DNA of 40,000 nt from an uncultured Planctomycetaceae bacterium (GTDB lineage: Bacteria > Planctomycetota > Planctomycetia > Isosphaerales > Isosphaeraceae), in contig CAVXCB010000007.1 of the NCBI GenBank assembly GCA_963760085.1, positions 126,053 through 166,052 on the forward strand, read 5' to 3'. A model generated the notes under the pieces. That model had not been told where the DNA came from. It did no database searches and saw nothing but the letters and a program-made list of their open reading frames with translations. A program made the position numbers and the translations under genes. Of the stretch, positions 19,946 to 29,352 are shown piece by piece. The first letter of the stretch is position 1; the number at the start of each line of letters is the position of its first letter.

Positions 19946-20012
19946 GGCGCGATTATCGAGCGCAAGACTCGGGAAGACAGGAAGCCGGAATCAGGCCGAC
20001 CTACCTCCGTAA

Positions 20013-21383
20013 TCAGGGTCTCCCCAGAGCGGTCATCTGCTTGACGATGGCCTCGAGCCATTGCCGCTCGGTCCAGAAACGATTCACCCGTACCGCCCGG
20101 AGCGGAAGCGAGACGCCATCGACCCGCGTGACCGTCCCCGCGTCGTCAAGGCCTGGTGTCGCGGCGAAGCACCTCACATCTGGCTCGGCAGGGCATGAGT
20201 CGGTGTCATCCCGCGGTGCGATCAGAATCGTGGGAATCCTCTCGAGGTGTTCGCGAGCTTTCTCGTCAAGCTGCTCCGGCGGAATGGATCCAACGAAGCA
20301 GCGCCAGGTCCGCCTCGCCGCGACCAAGCCGTCGGCTGGCGCTCGTGACTCCAGGCAGCGACCGGGGATAGCCGCAAGATAGGTCCAGACTGATGGGGAA
20401 TCCGGTTTGCCAGGTCAGCACGGCCTCGGCCCCCTGGGAATTGCCCGGCTCGCCCATGCCAAGGATCACGAACCTGGACCGACGATTGAGGTCGCGCACG
20501 AGGCCATGTGCGGCCTCGAGTGTTGCAGCAAGCCTCGGTCATGGTTCCCCGAGTGATCAGAGGTCCGTGAAAGAAGGCCCCGTAGCGAGCCGCCATGAGC
20601 CTATCAAGGAGCTCATGCAGCCGCGGCAAGTCAATCCCCGAGCTCTCTCGAACACGATTCGCGTCGATGCCCACGCCTCGAACCAGGGCGCGCAACACCC
20701 ACAGAATCTCGAACTGGCGGCTCGCGTCGATCTCCACGAAGAGGTCGGCCTGCTCGGCCGTGGCCGTGCGCGCTTGATCGACGACGATCACGGTCCTGCC
20801 GACCCGGCCGTCGGGAATGAACCGCCCCCGAGGTTCAACCGAATAGCGCTCCCAGTGCCGGGGATGGCTCACCATCGGGTCAGCGCCCCAGAAGACGACG
20901 ACGTCCGCCCGGTTCTTGACCTCGCCCAGGGTGGCCGAGACCCTGCCGACACGCTGAAACGCGAAAAGGCGAGGAGCGGACAGGCGGCCGTTACCGGGCT
21001 CGACGACCGCTCCAACCCGATCCGCCAGTTCCAGGGCGGCCGCCACAGTCTCATTGGTGGACCGGCCCAGCCCCAGAATGATCGGCGCCTTGGCCTCCAT
21101 CAACATCCGGGCTGCCAGCTCGACGGCCTCGTGCTCCTCCGCGGGCTGGTCTTTGATGAGGGCGGCGGGGAGGTCCGCCTCATGCGACCTGTCCCGCAGC
21201 AGCCACTCCTTTCCCAAGGGCGCACGCATTCCCGGCCTCGGTGATCTTTTCCCCCTGCTTGACCACCGCGATGTCGTCGCAAAGGCAACCACATACCAGG
21301 CAAGTGACCGGCTCGATCGCGGTAGGCTCGATCTGCCCGCCGTCACCTACCGTCTTTGGTCCGAAGGGCTCAGGGTCGGGCAT
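20013..21383 (-). CDS. fhcB: formyltransferase/hydrolase complex subunit B (FwdB/FmdB homologue), three apparent frameshifts
   Basis: Four pieces reconstruct the protein. ORF 21180..21386 carries VTCLVCGCLCDDI. ORF 20222..21346 carries APIILGLGRSTNET and VVVFWGADP. ORF 20266..20499 carries GNSQGAEAVLTWQTGFPISLDL..GYPRS. ORF 20013..20327 carries VGSIPPEQL...GTVTRVDGVSLPLR. Breaks are at 21208, 20530 and 20294, each an extra nt. Confidence 0.85.
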
Positions 21384-21709
21384 CAAAGAATGGCTCCGCT
21401 GTGCTGAGGATGTGTCGGCGACGAATGTGGTTCTGGCTGCGCTCCACGGCCGAGCGGCTCACTAAGTCCACCTCGCGTCCCACGATCGCTCGAAAGCTCC
21501 TGGTCCATCGTGACGAGATCAAACAGAGTCCAGTTCACGTCGGCGGCGAAAGTGTAGAGGAAATCCAGATCGCTGTCGGGCCGGAAGTCATCTCGCAGGA
21601 AGGAGCCAAAGACCGCCAGCTCGCGGATCTTCCACCTGCGACAGAACTCCACGATTTGCTCCATCGGCAACGTGATGCCGTTTCGCGAGACCGTGGCCGT
21701 GGTACTCAT
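21370..21709 (-). CDS. nucleotidyltransferase-domain protein (MNT-type, minimal NTase), one apparent frameshift
   Basis: ATG 21709 starts MSTTATVSRNG. The signature is AVFGSFLRDDFRPDSDLDFL (GSxxR...SDxDxL). The typical tail GREVDLVSRSAVERSQNHIRRRHIL lies in another frame, with the break near 21490. The stop at 21372..21370 overlaps the fhcB start. No HEPN partner is visible. Confidence 0.75.
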
Positions 21710-21883
21710 GCTAGGGTCATCCTGTGAATGGTCTACCAGGTGACGATTCGCCGATCTACACGCACGCCCGGCACACCAGGTTTCCCTCTCAAACTCATCA
21801 TCGGCTGCGGATTGATCGACCGGGTCGTGCTCAAACAACAGGCATTTCGACACGTGGCGCCGCCTCCAGCTTTTCCTTGTCCC

Positions 21884-22336
21884 CTAGTGGATGCCGTATA
21901 ACGGCACGCCGACAGCCTGGGCAGCCGTTTTCAGCTTATCGTCCAAGCTCGCCAGCGGCAAATCTCGCCGCATTGCCAGTTCCAGATACGCCGCATCGTA
22001 GGCGCTCAAGTCGTGGGCACGAGCCATGCTTAGCATGATGTTCCAGGCGTGCAAGTTGGTCTCATCGTCAAGCGTGATCGGCAAACCCTGCAGCGTCTTC
22101 AACAGCCGTGCGGCCTGGGTCTGCGTGGAGCGTTTTCTTCGTTCGCCCATCAAGAGGACATTGGCAACTTCCAGAGGCCAGTTGAGCGGAACAAAGGCGG
22201 CTTGGTGCGGCAGTCGCCGGGCGACTTGATCGGCATATTCGCTGCTCTCATCGACGAAATACCACGCCATGACGATGGAGCAGTCGAGCACCAGTCCTTG
22301 CGGTGAGCGTGTGGCGATTCCCTTCTTCTTGCTCAA
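21884..22336 (-). CDS. vapC: PIN-domain ribonuclease toxin (VapC family)
   Basis: Intact 150-aa ORF. The PIN acidic residues are in the expected order (LVLDCS, PLEVANVL, SAYDAAYLELA, SLDDKL). The TTG start overlaps the antitoxin stop (TTGA). Confidence 0.85.
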   Translation of the reverse strand: MSKKKGIATRSPQGLVLDCSIVMAWYFVDESSEYADQVARRLPHQAAFVPLNWPLEVANVLLMGERRKRSTQTQAARLLKTLQGLPITLDDETNLHAWNIMLSMARAHDLSAYDAAYLELAMRRDLPLASLDDKLKTAAQAVGVPLYGIH

Positions 22337-22581
22337 GGACGGCCCTCCTCAATCAGCTTTCGGATAGTCAGATCATCGCCCAGAACGGGACCGTGCTGGT
22401 CGCGGTAAATCAGCATTTCCTCGACGACCTGCCTCACGTCCGTCTTCTCGACTGCGTCAGCGGGTACTAGCTTGGCAATGGGCTTGCCCCGTCTGGTAAT
22501 CGTGATGGATTCCCCTTTCTCGACCTGCAAGAGCAGGCGAGGCAGGTGGGTCTTGGCTTCGTAGGTGCCAACAGATTTCAT
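22333..22581 (-). CDS. Phd/YefM-family type II antitoxin
   Basis: ORF 22333..22614, with ATG 22581 giving MKSVGTYEAKTHLPRLLLQVEKGESITITRRGKPIAKLVP, the typical Phd/YefM N-terminal fold signature. It lies immediately upstream of, and overlaps, the PIN gene. Confidence 0.8.
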   Translation of the reverse strand: MKSVGTYEAKTHLPRLLLQVEKGESITITRRGKPIAKLVPADAVEKTDVRQVVEEMLIYRDQHGPVLGDDLTIRKLIEEGRP

Positions 22582-22767
22582 GAAATGCTCCTGTTCGTAG
22601 CTGGTCTGATGCACCTAGTCTAAACTTCCCGAGCTTTCGCGAAAAGCCAAGAACGTAGCACTTCGTAGCATGTTGGCCCCTTTGCGGGGGGGAGTGATGG
22701 ACCAAGCTCGGCGCGCGGCATCGACGGCGGACCCCGGCGATTTACCGAGGTCATGCTCAACTGGAGC

Positions 22768-23982
22768 TCAGTGCTTGAGTGCGGCTGCTCCCGCGCCGAC
22801 CTTCGCAACGTTGATCAGTCTGGCAGCCAGAACCAAAGCAATCCGGCCATTCGCCGTTTCGGTGATGTGGCAGAAATCCAGAAACTGGAGAGACTCGTCC
22901 GTCGAGAAAAACCCGCTCAAGTTCAGAAAGGCCGGGTTGGAGAGCAACTCATCGGACCGCTCGAGTTGGCGGTGGACTGCCGTGAATAGGGAGGCTGCCC
23001 ATCCATACTTCCCCTTCTCTTCTTCCTCGAAGGGTACAAGCTTCGGCTTCGAGAAGATATCTGGCTGCCAGACGAAAACGGGACGGAACCCATAGGCCTT
23101 TCCCAGGGCCTCGACTAGCTCCAAGTTGGCCACGTAGCCGTGCACAACGCCCGTCGAGAGTCCTTCCAGCTCAGTCTCGGAAGGCGCTCTTGGCTGTTTG
23201 ACGCCTCCCAATCCGGATCGCCGGCCCACGGACTCGGCGAGCCGGTACAAGGCCGAGTTCAGCACCAGGTTGCCGGCCAGGGCCGACACCAGTCGCGCGG
23301 GCGACTGCAAGATGTTGAACTCGCGAACCCGGTTGATCTCGTTCGTCGTCACCGTCGGCTGTCCTTCCAGCAAGGCAGAGGTCGTGTCGTTGACGCCGTC
23401 ATAAAACAATACGAGATCGGGCCGATAGCCTTGCTGTAGCTCGCGGAAAAGCGCGACCACTTCCTGCGTGCTGACGTAGCCGATCTCGGCCAGGTTCCTG
23501 ACCTCGGCGCGAATCCCTTGCTCATGCAGCCCCCGCGCAATCAAGGACGGTATCGTCTGATCGTCACGGGCTCCGAAACCCCAGAGGGAAGACCCGCCGA
23601 GCATGAGGATCTTCAGCGGCTTGCCCCCCACATCACCGCCCTGCGCTGGTGGTGGCTGCCAGCTCGCCCGCGTCCCGTCCGCAAGAACCTTGACGGTCTG
23701 CCCCAGGAACGGGCGCTGGCGAAAGTACACATAAGGTTGCCAGCGGTCGGAGAGTGCTTCGAGTTCTCGATAGTGAACTCGCAGCCACGCACCTGCATCG
23801 CGGACTGCCGAGATCACGCGCGGATCAGGGGGAATTTGCGGTTTCCACTGGTCCTTGAGCAAGAAGACCCCGCGCAGCCCCAGCTCCAGAAGTATGACCA
23901 GGACCAGGGTCACGCCCAGGATCGACCATCCCGTCTGAAGCCACGAAAGGAACCGGCGTAGTCGCCTGAAAGAGGATTTCAT
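22768..23982 (-). CDS. membrane-anchored SGNH/GDSL-like hydrolase
   Basis: ORF 22768..24186. ATG 23982 gives MKSSFRRLRRFLSWLQTGWSILGVTLVLVILLELGL (N-terminal TM). There is a block-I-like ILMLGGSSLWGFG and a C-terminal DFCHITETANGRIA (DxxH). Confidence 0.7.
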   Translation of the reverse strand: MKSSFRRLRRFLSWLQTGWSILGVTLVLVILLELGLRGVFLLKDQWKPQIPPDPRVISAVRDAGAWLRVHYRELEALSDRWQPYVYFRQRPFLGQTVKVLADGTRASWQPPPAQGGDVGGKPLKILMLGGSSLWGFGARDDQTIPSLIARGLHEQGIRAEVRNLAEIGYVSTQEVVALFRELQQGYRPDLVLFYDGVNDTTSALLEGQPTVTTNEINRVREFNILQSPARLVSALAGNLVLNSALYRLAESVGRRSGLGGVKQPRAPSETELEGLSTGVVHGYVANLELVEALGKAYGFRPVFVWQPDIFSKPKLVPFEEEEKGKYGWAASLFTAVHRQLERSDELLSNPAFLNLSGFFSTDESLQFLDFCHITETANGRIALVLAARLINVAKVGAGAAALKH

Positions 23983-24094
23983 GGGCTGTCTCTGCTTGTC
24001 TAGGTCGTCCTTGCCCGGGTAGCGTGAATGACGCCGAATGTACGCCAGGGAGCCGGCAGGGCCAGCCCGCTTGATCATCTGAATCGCCGAGACC

Positions 24095-24865
24095 ATGACA
24101 GCTCTTCCCTCGACTTTCGCATTGCGTGGGCTGCGCGGCCGTTCTCGGTGCCACCTCGGGCATCGGACGCGCCGTGGCCATCGCACTGGCCGAGGCCGGT
24201 GCCGATGTGATCATCCACGGCAACACAAAGGTGCAAGCTGCTGAAGACCTGGCAAGCGACCTGCGGTCGCGCGGGGTCCGCTCTCAGGGTATCATGGCCG
24301 ACCTGGCCAGCCGGGTCGCCGGCAACCGGCTCGTGGACCAAGCCTGGGACGTCTGGAATGGACTGGATGCCTGGCTCCAGATCGCCGGGGCCGACACATT
24401 GACCGGCCCGAACGCTCGGCTGTCGTTCGATGCCAAGCTCGATCTCCTCTGGTCGGTCGACGTGGCGGCGACCATTCGCCTTTGCCGAGAGGTCGGCCGA
24501 AGGATGAAAGCCCGCGGACATGGCGCGATTCTGACGATGGGCTGGGACCAGGCCGAGACGGGCATGGAGGGAGATTCCGGCGAACTCTTTGCGGCAACCA
24601 AGGGCGCCATCATGGCGTTCACCCGCAGCCTGGCGCTCAGCCTGGCTCCGCAAGTTCGTGTCAATGCGCTGGCCCCCGGCTGGATCAAGACCGCCTGGGG
24701 CCATGTGGCCTCATCCGCCTGGCACGATCGGGTCCTCCGCGAGACCCCCTGGCACGCTGGGGAACTGCCGAAGACGTCGCCCACGTTGCCTGCTTCCTGG
24801 TCAGTCCAGCCGCGGAATTTGTCACCGGACAGGTCGTGCGAATCAATGGAGGGGCGATTCGCTGA
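24095..24865 (+). CDS. SDR-family oxidoreductase, two apparent frameshifts
   Basis: ATG 24095 starts MTALPSTFALRGL. After a 1-nt correction at 24137 it continues AVLGATSGIGRAVAIALAEAGADV (the TGxxxGIG motif). The C-terminus PLARWGTAEDVAHVACFLVSPAAEFVTGQVVRINGG lies in ORF 24482..24865 and is reached if the C run at 24745-24749 is one C longer. Confidence 0.85.
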
Positions 24866-24886
24866 GCCGAACGTCGACCCAGCGCC

Positions 24887-24919
24887 AATTAATTCATTTG
24901 ATGTAAGTATAATTAATTC
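24887..24919 (+). promoter_or_regulatory. AT-rich patch with direct repeat AATTAATTC (x2) and a TATAAT hexamer upstream of the PQQ-dehydrogenase gene
   Basis: AATTAATTC occurs at 24887-24895 and 24911-24919, and TATAAT at 24908-24913. The patch lies about 100 nt upstream of ATG 25015 and is the only strongly AT-rich stretch in this intergenic region. I see no clear -35. Confidence 0.25.
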
Positions 24920-25014
24920 GTATAAGCTGGCCACCACGGCCGCTACTCCTTTCCCGAGCTCGCCCAGTGTATTGTCATGGTCCAACGGTCGCAGTCCATC
25001 CCGGGAGGTAATCC

Positions 25015-26901
25015 ATGCGTTCAGACTTGATCACGGTCGCTTGCCTGCTCGCATTCGCCGGCCATGCGGCCGGCCAGTCGCCGCGAATCGGCGACTGGCC
25101 GGGGGTGGGAAACGACCCTGGTTGCATGCGGTATTCCGGTCTCGATCAGATCAACCGTGAAAACGTGGCGCGGCTCAAGCCGGCCTGGACGTACCACACG
25201 GGAGAACTGGAGGGACGCACCGGCAAGACCATCGAGTGCACGCCGATTGTGATCGACGGTGTGATGTACGTCACGACAGCGTATCTTCGCGTCGTGGCCC
25301 TGAACGCGGCGACCGGCCAAGAGATCTGGCGGTTCGATCCACTCAAGGACCACCCGTTCGAGCACAAGCCGAATTCCGGCGGCGTGAACCGAGGGTGTGC
25401 TTACTGGTCCGACGGCAAGCCCGACGGCCAGCGGCGAATCATCCACGGCACATCCGACGGACGATTGTTTTCGCTCTTCGCCAAGTCGGGCAAGCTTGAC
25501 CCGAAATTCGCCAGTGGAGGAATTCGCAATCTGCGCGATGAGCTCGATCCCAAGGTCGCTGCGCTCGGTTATGGACCGACCTCCGCCCCGGTGGTCTGGA
25601 AGGACACGATCATCGTCGGCGTCTCCTGTGGAGAAGGGCCCGGAATCACCGCGCCGGGAGACATTCGAGCGTTCGACGTCCGCACCGGCAAGGAGGTCTG
25701 GCGGTTCCGAACCGTGCCCCGTCCGGGAGAGTTCGGCAACGAGACGTGGCAAGGCGAGTCATGGAAAGACAGGGGAGGGGCCAATGCCTGGGGCGGGCTT
25801 AGCGTGGATCAGAATCGCGGCCTGGTCTTCGCCGGACTGGGATCGGCCGCATTCGATTTCTATGGCGGCGACAGGCACGGCGAGAATTTGTTCGCGAATT
25901 GCACGATCGCGATTGACGCGCAGTCGGGCCGGCGCGTCTGGCACTTCCAGACCTTGCGCCACGACCTCTGGGACCATGACCTGCCGGTCTATCCCAACCT
26001 GGTCACGATAACCCGCGACGGCAAACCGATTGACGCCGTTGCGCAGGTGACCAAGACAGGCTATGTCTACCTGTTTGATCGACAGACGGGCAAGCCGCTC
26101 TTCGACGTCCAGGAGCGAGCGGTGCCCGCTTCAGATGTCCCCGGCGAACAGGCATGGCCCACACAGCCAATTCCGGTCAAGCCGCCGCCGTTTGCCGCGC
26201 AGTTCCTCGACGAGAGCAACGTCACGGACATCGGCGCGGCCAATCGCGCGTCGGCGCTGGCCAAAATTGCGTGAAATCCGCAGTGGGCCGGCTTTCAACC
26301 CGCCGAGCCGACAGGGAACAGTCGTCATACCCGGCTTTCACGGTGGGGCGAACTGGTCCGGGGCAGCCTTCGACCCGACGACCGCTTGCCTCTATCTCAA
26401 CTCGAACAACGTTCCCAACGTCATCACACTCGTCGAAACCAAAACAGGCGACAGAGCGAGATACGGACCATACGTCATCAAGGGCTATATCCAGCTCCTG
26501 GATCACGAGGGATACCCGGCGATCAAGCCGCCCTGGGGGTCTTAAACGCGATCAACTTGAACACCGGTGAATTCGCCTGGCAGGTTCCGCTCGGTGAACA
26601 CGTGGAATTGACAGCCCGCGGCATTCCGCGGACCGGCACCGAAACTTTCGGCGGCTCGATCGTGACCGCCGGCGGACTGGTGTTCATTGCCGGCACAAAG
26701 GATGAGCGCATCCACGCCTTTGACAAAAAGACGGGAAAACTGCTCTGGGAACATCCGCTTCCAGCCGGGGGCTACGCGACGCCTTCGACTTATCAGGTAA
26801 ACGGCATCCAATACGTGGTCATCGCCGCCGGCGGTGCCGGCAAGCTGCAAACCAGGGCGGGCGATGCGTTCGTCGCGTTCCGGCTGCAAGAGGGCAAGTA
26901 A
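25015..26901 (+). CDS. PQQ-dependent (quinoprotein) dehydrogenase, glucose/sugar-dehydrogenase type, two apparent frameshifts
   Basis: The signal peptide is followed by [25 protein letters not shown]. Beta-propeller W-motifs run throughout. [23 protein letters not shown] and YVVIAAGG appear near the end. The pieces are ORFs 25015..26274, 26063..26545 and 26386..26901. Breaks are in the A run at 26263-26266 (extra A) and the G run at 26535-26539 (missing G). GGGAGG RBS present. Confidence 0.85.
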
Positions 26902-26961
26902 GTTCGAGCTTCGTGCACGCTATCCGAGGACGAGCGAAGGCAATCCTGGAGAGCTTCGACC

Positions 26962-27895
26962 ATGTACCGGATCGGCGGTGCGTTCCTGTTGATCGTCGGC
27001 GGATGCATGGCCACGCCAATAATTGCCGGGGAGCCCTTGATCGTCGATCTCTGGCCGGGGAAGGCGCCGGGAGATAGTGGCATCAAGGGTGAGGAGACCA
27101 GCCGAATTCATCTGTCGCCCCTCGTGGGGCCGACCAAGTTAATTACCAATGTCAGCAAGCCGACCCTGACGATCTACCGGCCATCGTGGGAGAAGAACAC
27201 CGGCACGGCGATGGTGATCTGCCCGGGAGGCGGTTACTGGGACCTGTACTGGGAGCTCGAAGGAGAGGAGGTGGCGGCATGGCTCAACGCGCAGGGGATG
27301 ACTGGCATCATCCTCAAGTATCGGTGTCCGCGACGTCCGGGGGAGGCCGCCGGCGAACCTCCCCTGGGCCCGCAGATCGACGCTCAAAGGGCCATAAGCC
27401 TGGTCCGCGGCAGAGCCACCGAATGGCGGCATCAACCCGAATCGCATCGGCATGGTCGGCTTCTCGGCGGGCGGCCATCTCGCGCTGGCGACAGCCACGG
27501 GGTTCGGGAAGCGAACGTACGAACCGATCGACGACGTCGACAAGATCAGTTGCCGGCCCGATTTCGCCGTCCTGTGCTATCCGGGCTATCTGAAGGCCAA
27601 AGACAAGGATGAGATCCGGCCGGGAATTCGCATTCCCACGGGCACGCCCCCGGTCTTCCTGGCCCATGCCTCCGACGATAACGACAGCTACGGCGGTTCG
27701 CTCTCCGAGAACAGCGTGCTCATGTACCTTGCCTTGAAGCGCGCGGCGGTTCCCGTAGAGTTGCACGTTTACGCGACTGGAGATCATGACTTCGGCGTGC
27801 GGCAGAACGATAAGCTCCCCTCGAGCTGGACGCAGCTCTGCATCAACTGGCTGCGGAACCAGAATTTGTTATTGAAGGCCACCTCGAGCAAGTGA
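26962..27895 (+). CDS. alpha/beta hydrolase (esterase, fold-3/BD-FAE-like), secreted, one apparent frameshift
   Basis: The pieces are ORFs 26962..27612 and 27452..27895. Motifs are VICPGGGY (oxyanion HGGG-like), the nucleophile elbow GFSAGGHLA, and HVYATGDHDF. The break is at 27427 (extra C). Confidence 0.8.
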
Positions 27896-29352
27896 TCATC
27901 GCCGCGAAGGTTGAAATCGCCAATCGACGTGCCCGTCGTAGGCCATTGACTCGTTGACAAGGGAGTAGAGGTCCGGGTCGTAACTCCTGAGCGATTCACG
28001 AGTGGCAACTGGGTGGGCAGCGCCAGGCGGTGTGGCTGCCTGGCCCAGCGCGTCGAAGTAGGCCAGGACGCCGGTGGCCCAATACTCCTGGCGATCGCGG
28101 GCTGCGGCCGTGCCTTTCCACTTCCCGGCCTCCATCGAGCACTTGTACAGATTCGCCAGCGTCTCGTCGAATCGGACGTCGAGTCGCTTCACCCGTAGCT
28201 CGTACTGCTGCACGGCCCATCCTCTCCTGTCCCAGTCGGGATCAACCGGCCGGGTTCCACAGACGGCCTGGACGGCCCGGGCAAAGACGCGGATTACCTG
28301 GTTCGGTCCAACCCAGGGGTCGCCGGGGTTACCCAGGACATTCTCCTGGCTGACGACGAGGGTCCTGGTCTCGGGCGAGAAGTCGAGGAAGCGCGCAAGC
28401 GGATCAATGTTTAGCCTCCTGAATTCCCGGTACTCTGGGAGGTCGGAGATCTTCTCTTCGGGGCCCAGGACCACCAGCTTGACCCCGGAGGAGATCAGCG
28501 CTTTGAGGATGTCGTGACGGTATGCAAAAAGCTTCCGGATCGTGTCGTTGGCTTTCAGCAGTGCCAGGTCGCTGGCTCCTCTGCCGATCACCGGGAGCTC
28601 GCGCGCCCAGGTGAACTTGGTGTAGAAGGGATCGATGCCCAGTTTCGCCGGCGGCGGTTCAACGTTGGGAAGCTTTTGCAACCAGGTGTATCGCCAGTCT
28701 TGTGCCGGACCGAGATTGAAGGTCGTGCGCACCAGCTCGTAGCCTTCGGGGTCGTAGACCTTGAGCTGCTCGCGAGTGCCGATGGGGCCGTGGTTCCAGT
28801 TGTTGACGCGGTTGCAATCGAAGTAAGACTGGACGATCTCGGCCCAGTATTCGCCGGGATTTGCCGCGGCATAGGCGTCCTTGTAGCGTCCCTTGCCGAT
28901 CGCGTTACGATACGCGGCATCACGCCGGCCGCCCCATTCTGGGTCGATCGCGTGGAGCGTGCCGTCGATCGTGTGGGAGAACTCGTGTACGGCGATGCTC
29001 TCGTCGTCGTACCGGTCCAGCGGCAGGCTGAGCACGTTCTCCTCGCCGAAGCTCGTGGGCTTACCGCCGGTACCCCGTACGCGCTCGTTCTGGTAAGCCG
29101 GATTGGGATGGTTCCGGTACTCGGGCATGTCGGTGTAAACCTGGTCCTTGCCGATCACGATCAGATACATGTGCGCCTTGACCATCGCCTGGACGATGTC
29201 GGGCCGCCCGGCCAGCATGCGGTTGACGATCTCGCGGGTGCGCGTCAGGGCCAGGTCGGCAACCTCGGCCGCAGCCACAACGGGCATCCCATCGACATCA
29301 CGTATTTCTTGTAGAACTTGCGGGCTGCGTCGCGGTCCCGGTCACGGACCAT
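27896..29352 (-). CDS. hypothetical HExxH zinc-metallopeptidase-like protein made of two homologous halves, one apparent frameshift
   Basis: ORF 27896..29287 is joined to an N-terminal piece from ATG 29352 ([18 protein letters not shown]), with the break near 29300. The first half has HEFSH (28987..28973) and a downstream [12 protein letters not shown], a gluzincin-like third ligand. The second half keeps [13 protein letters not shown] but lacks HExxH. Confidence 0.6.

Noticed and set aside
27893-27898. TGATCA, where the stop codons of two convergent genes abut with zero spacing
   Set aside because: It is a curiosity of gene packing only. Nothing suggests function beyond compact convergent termination.
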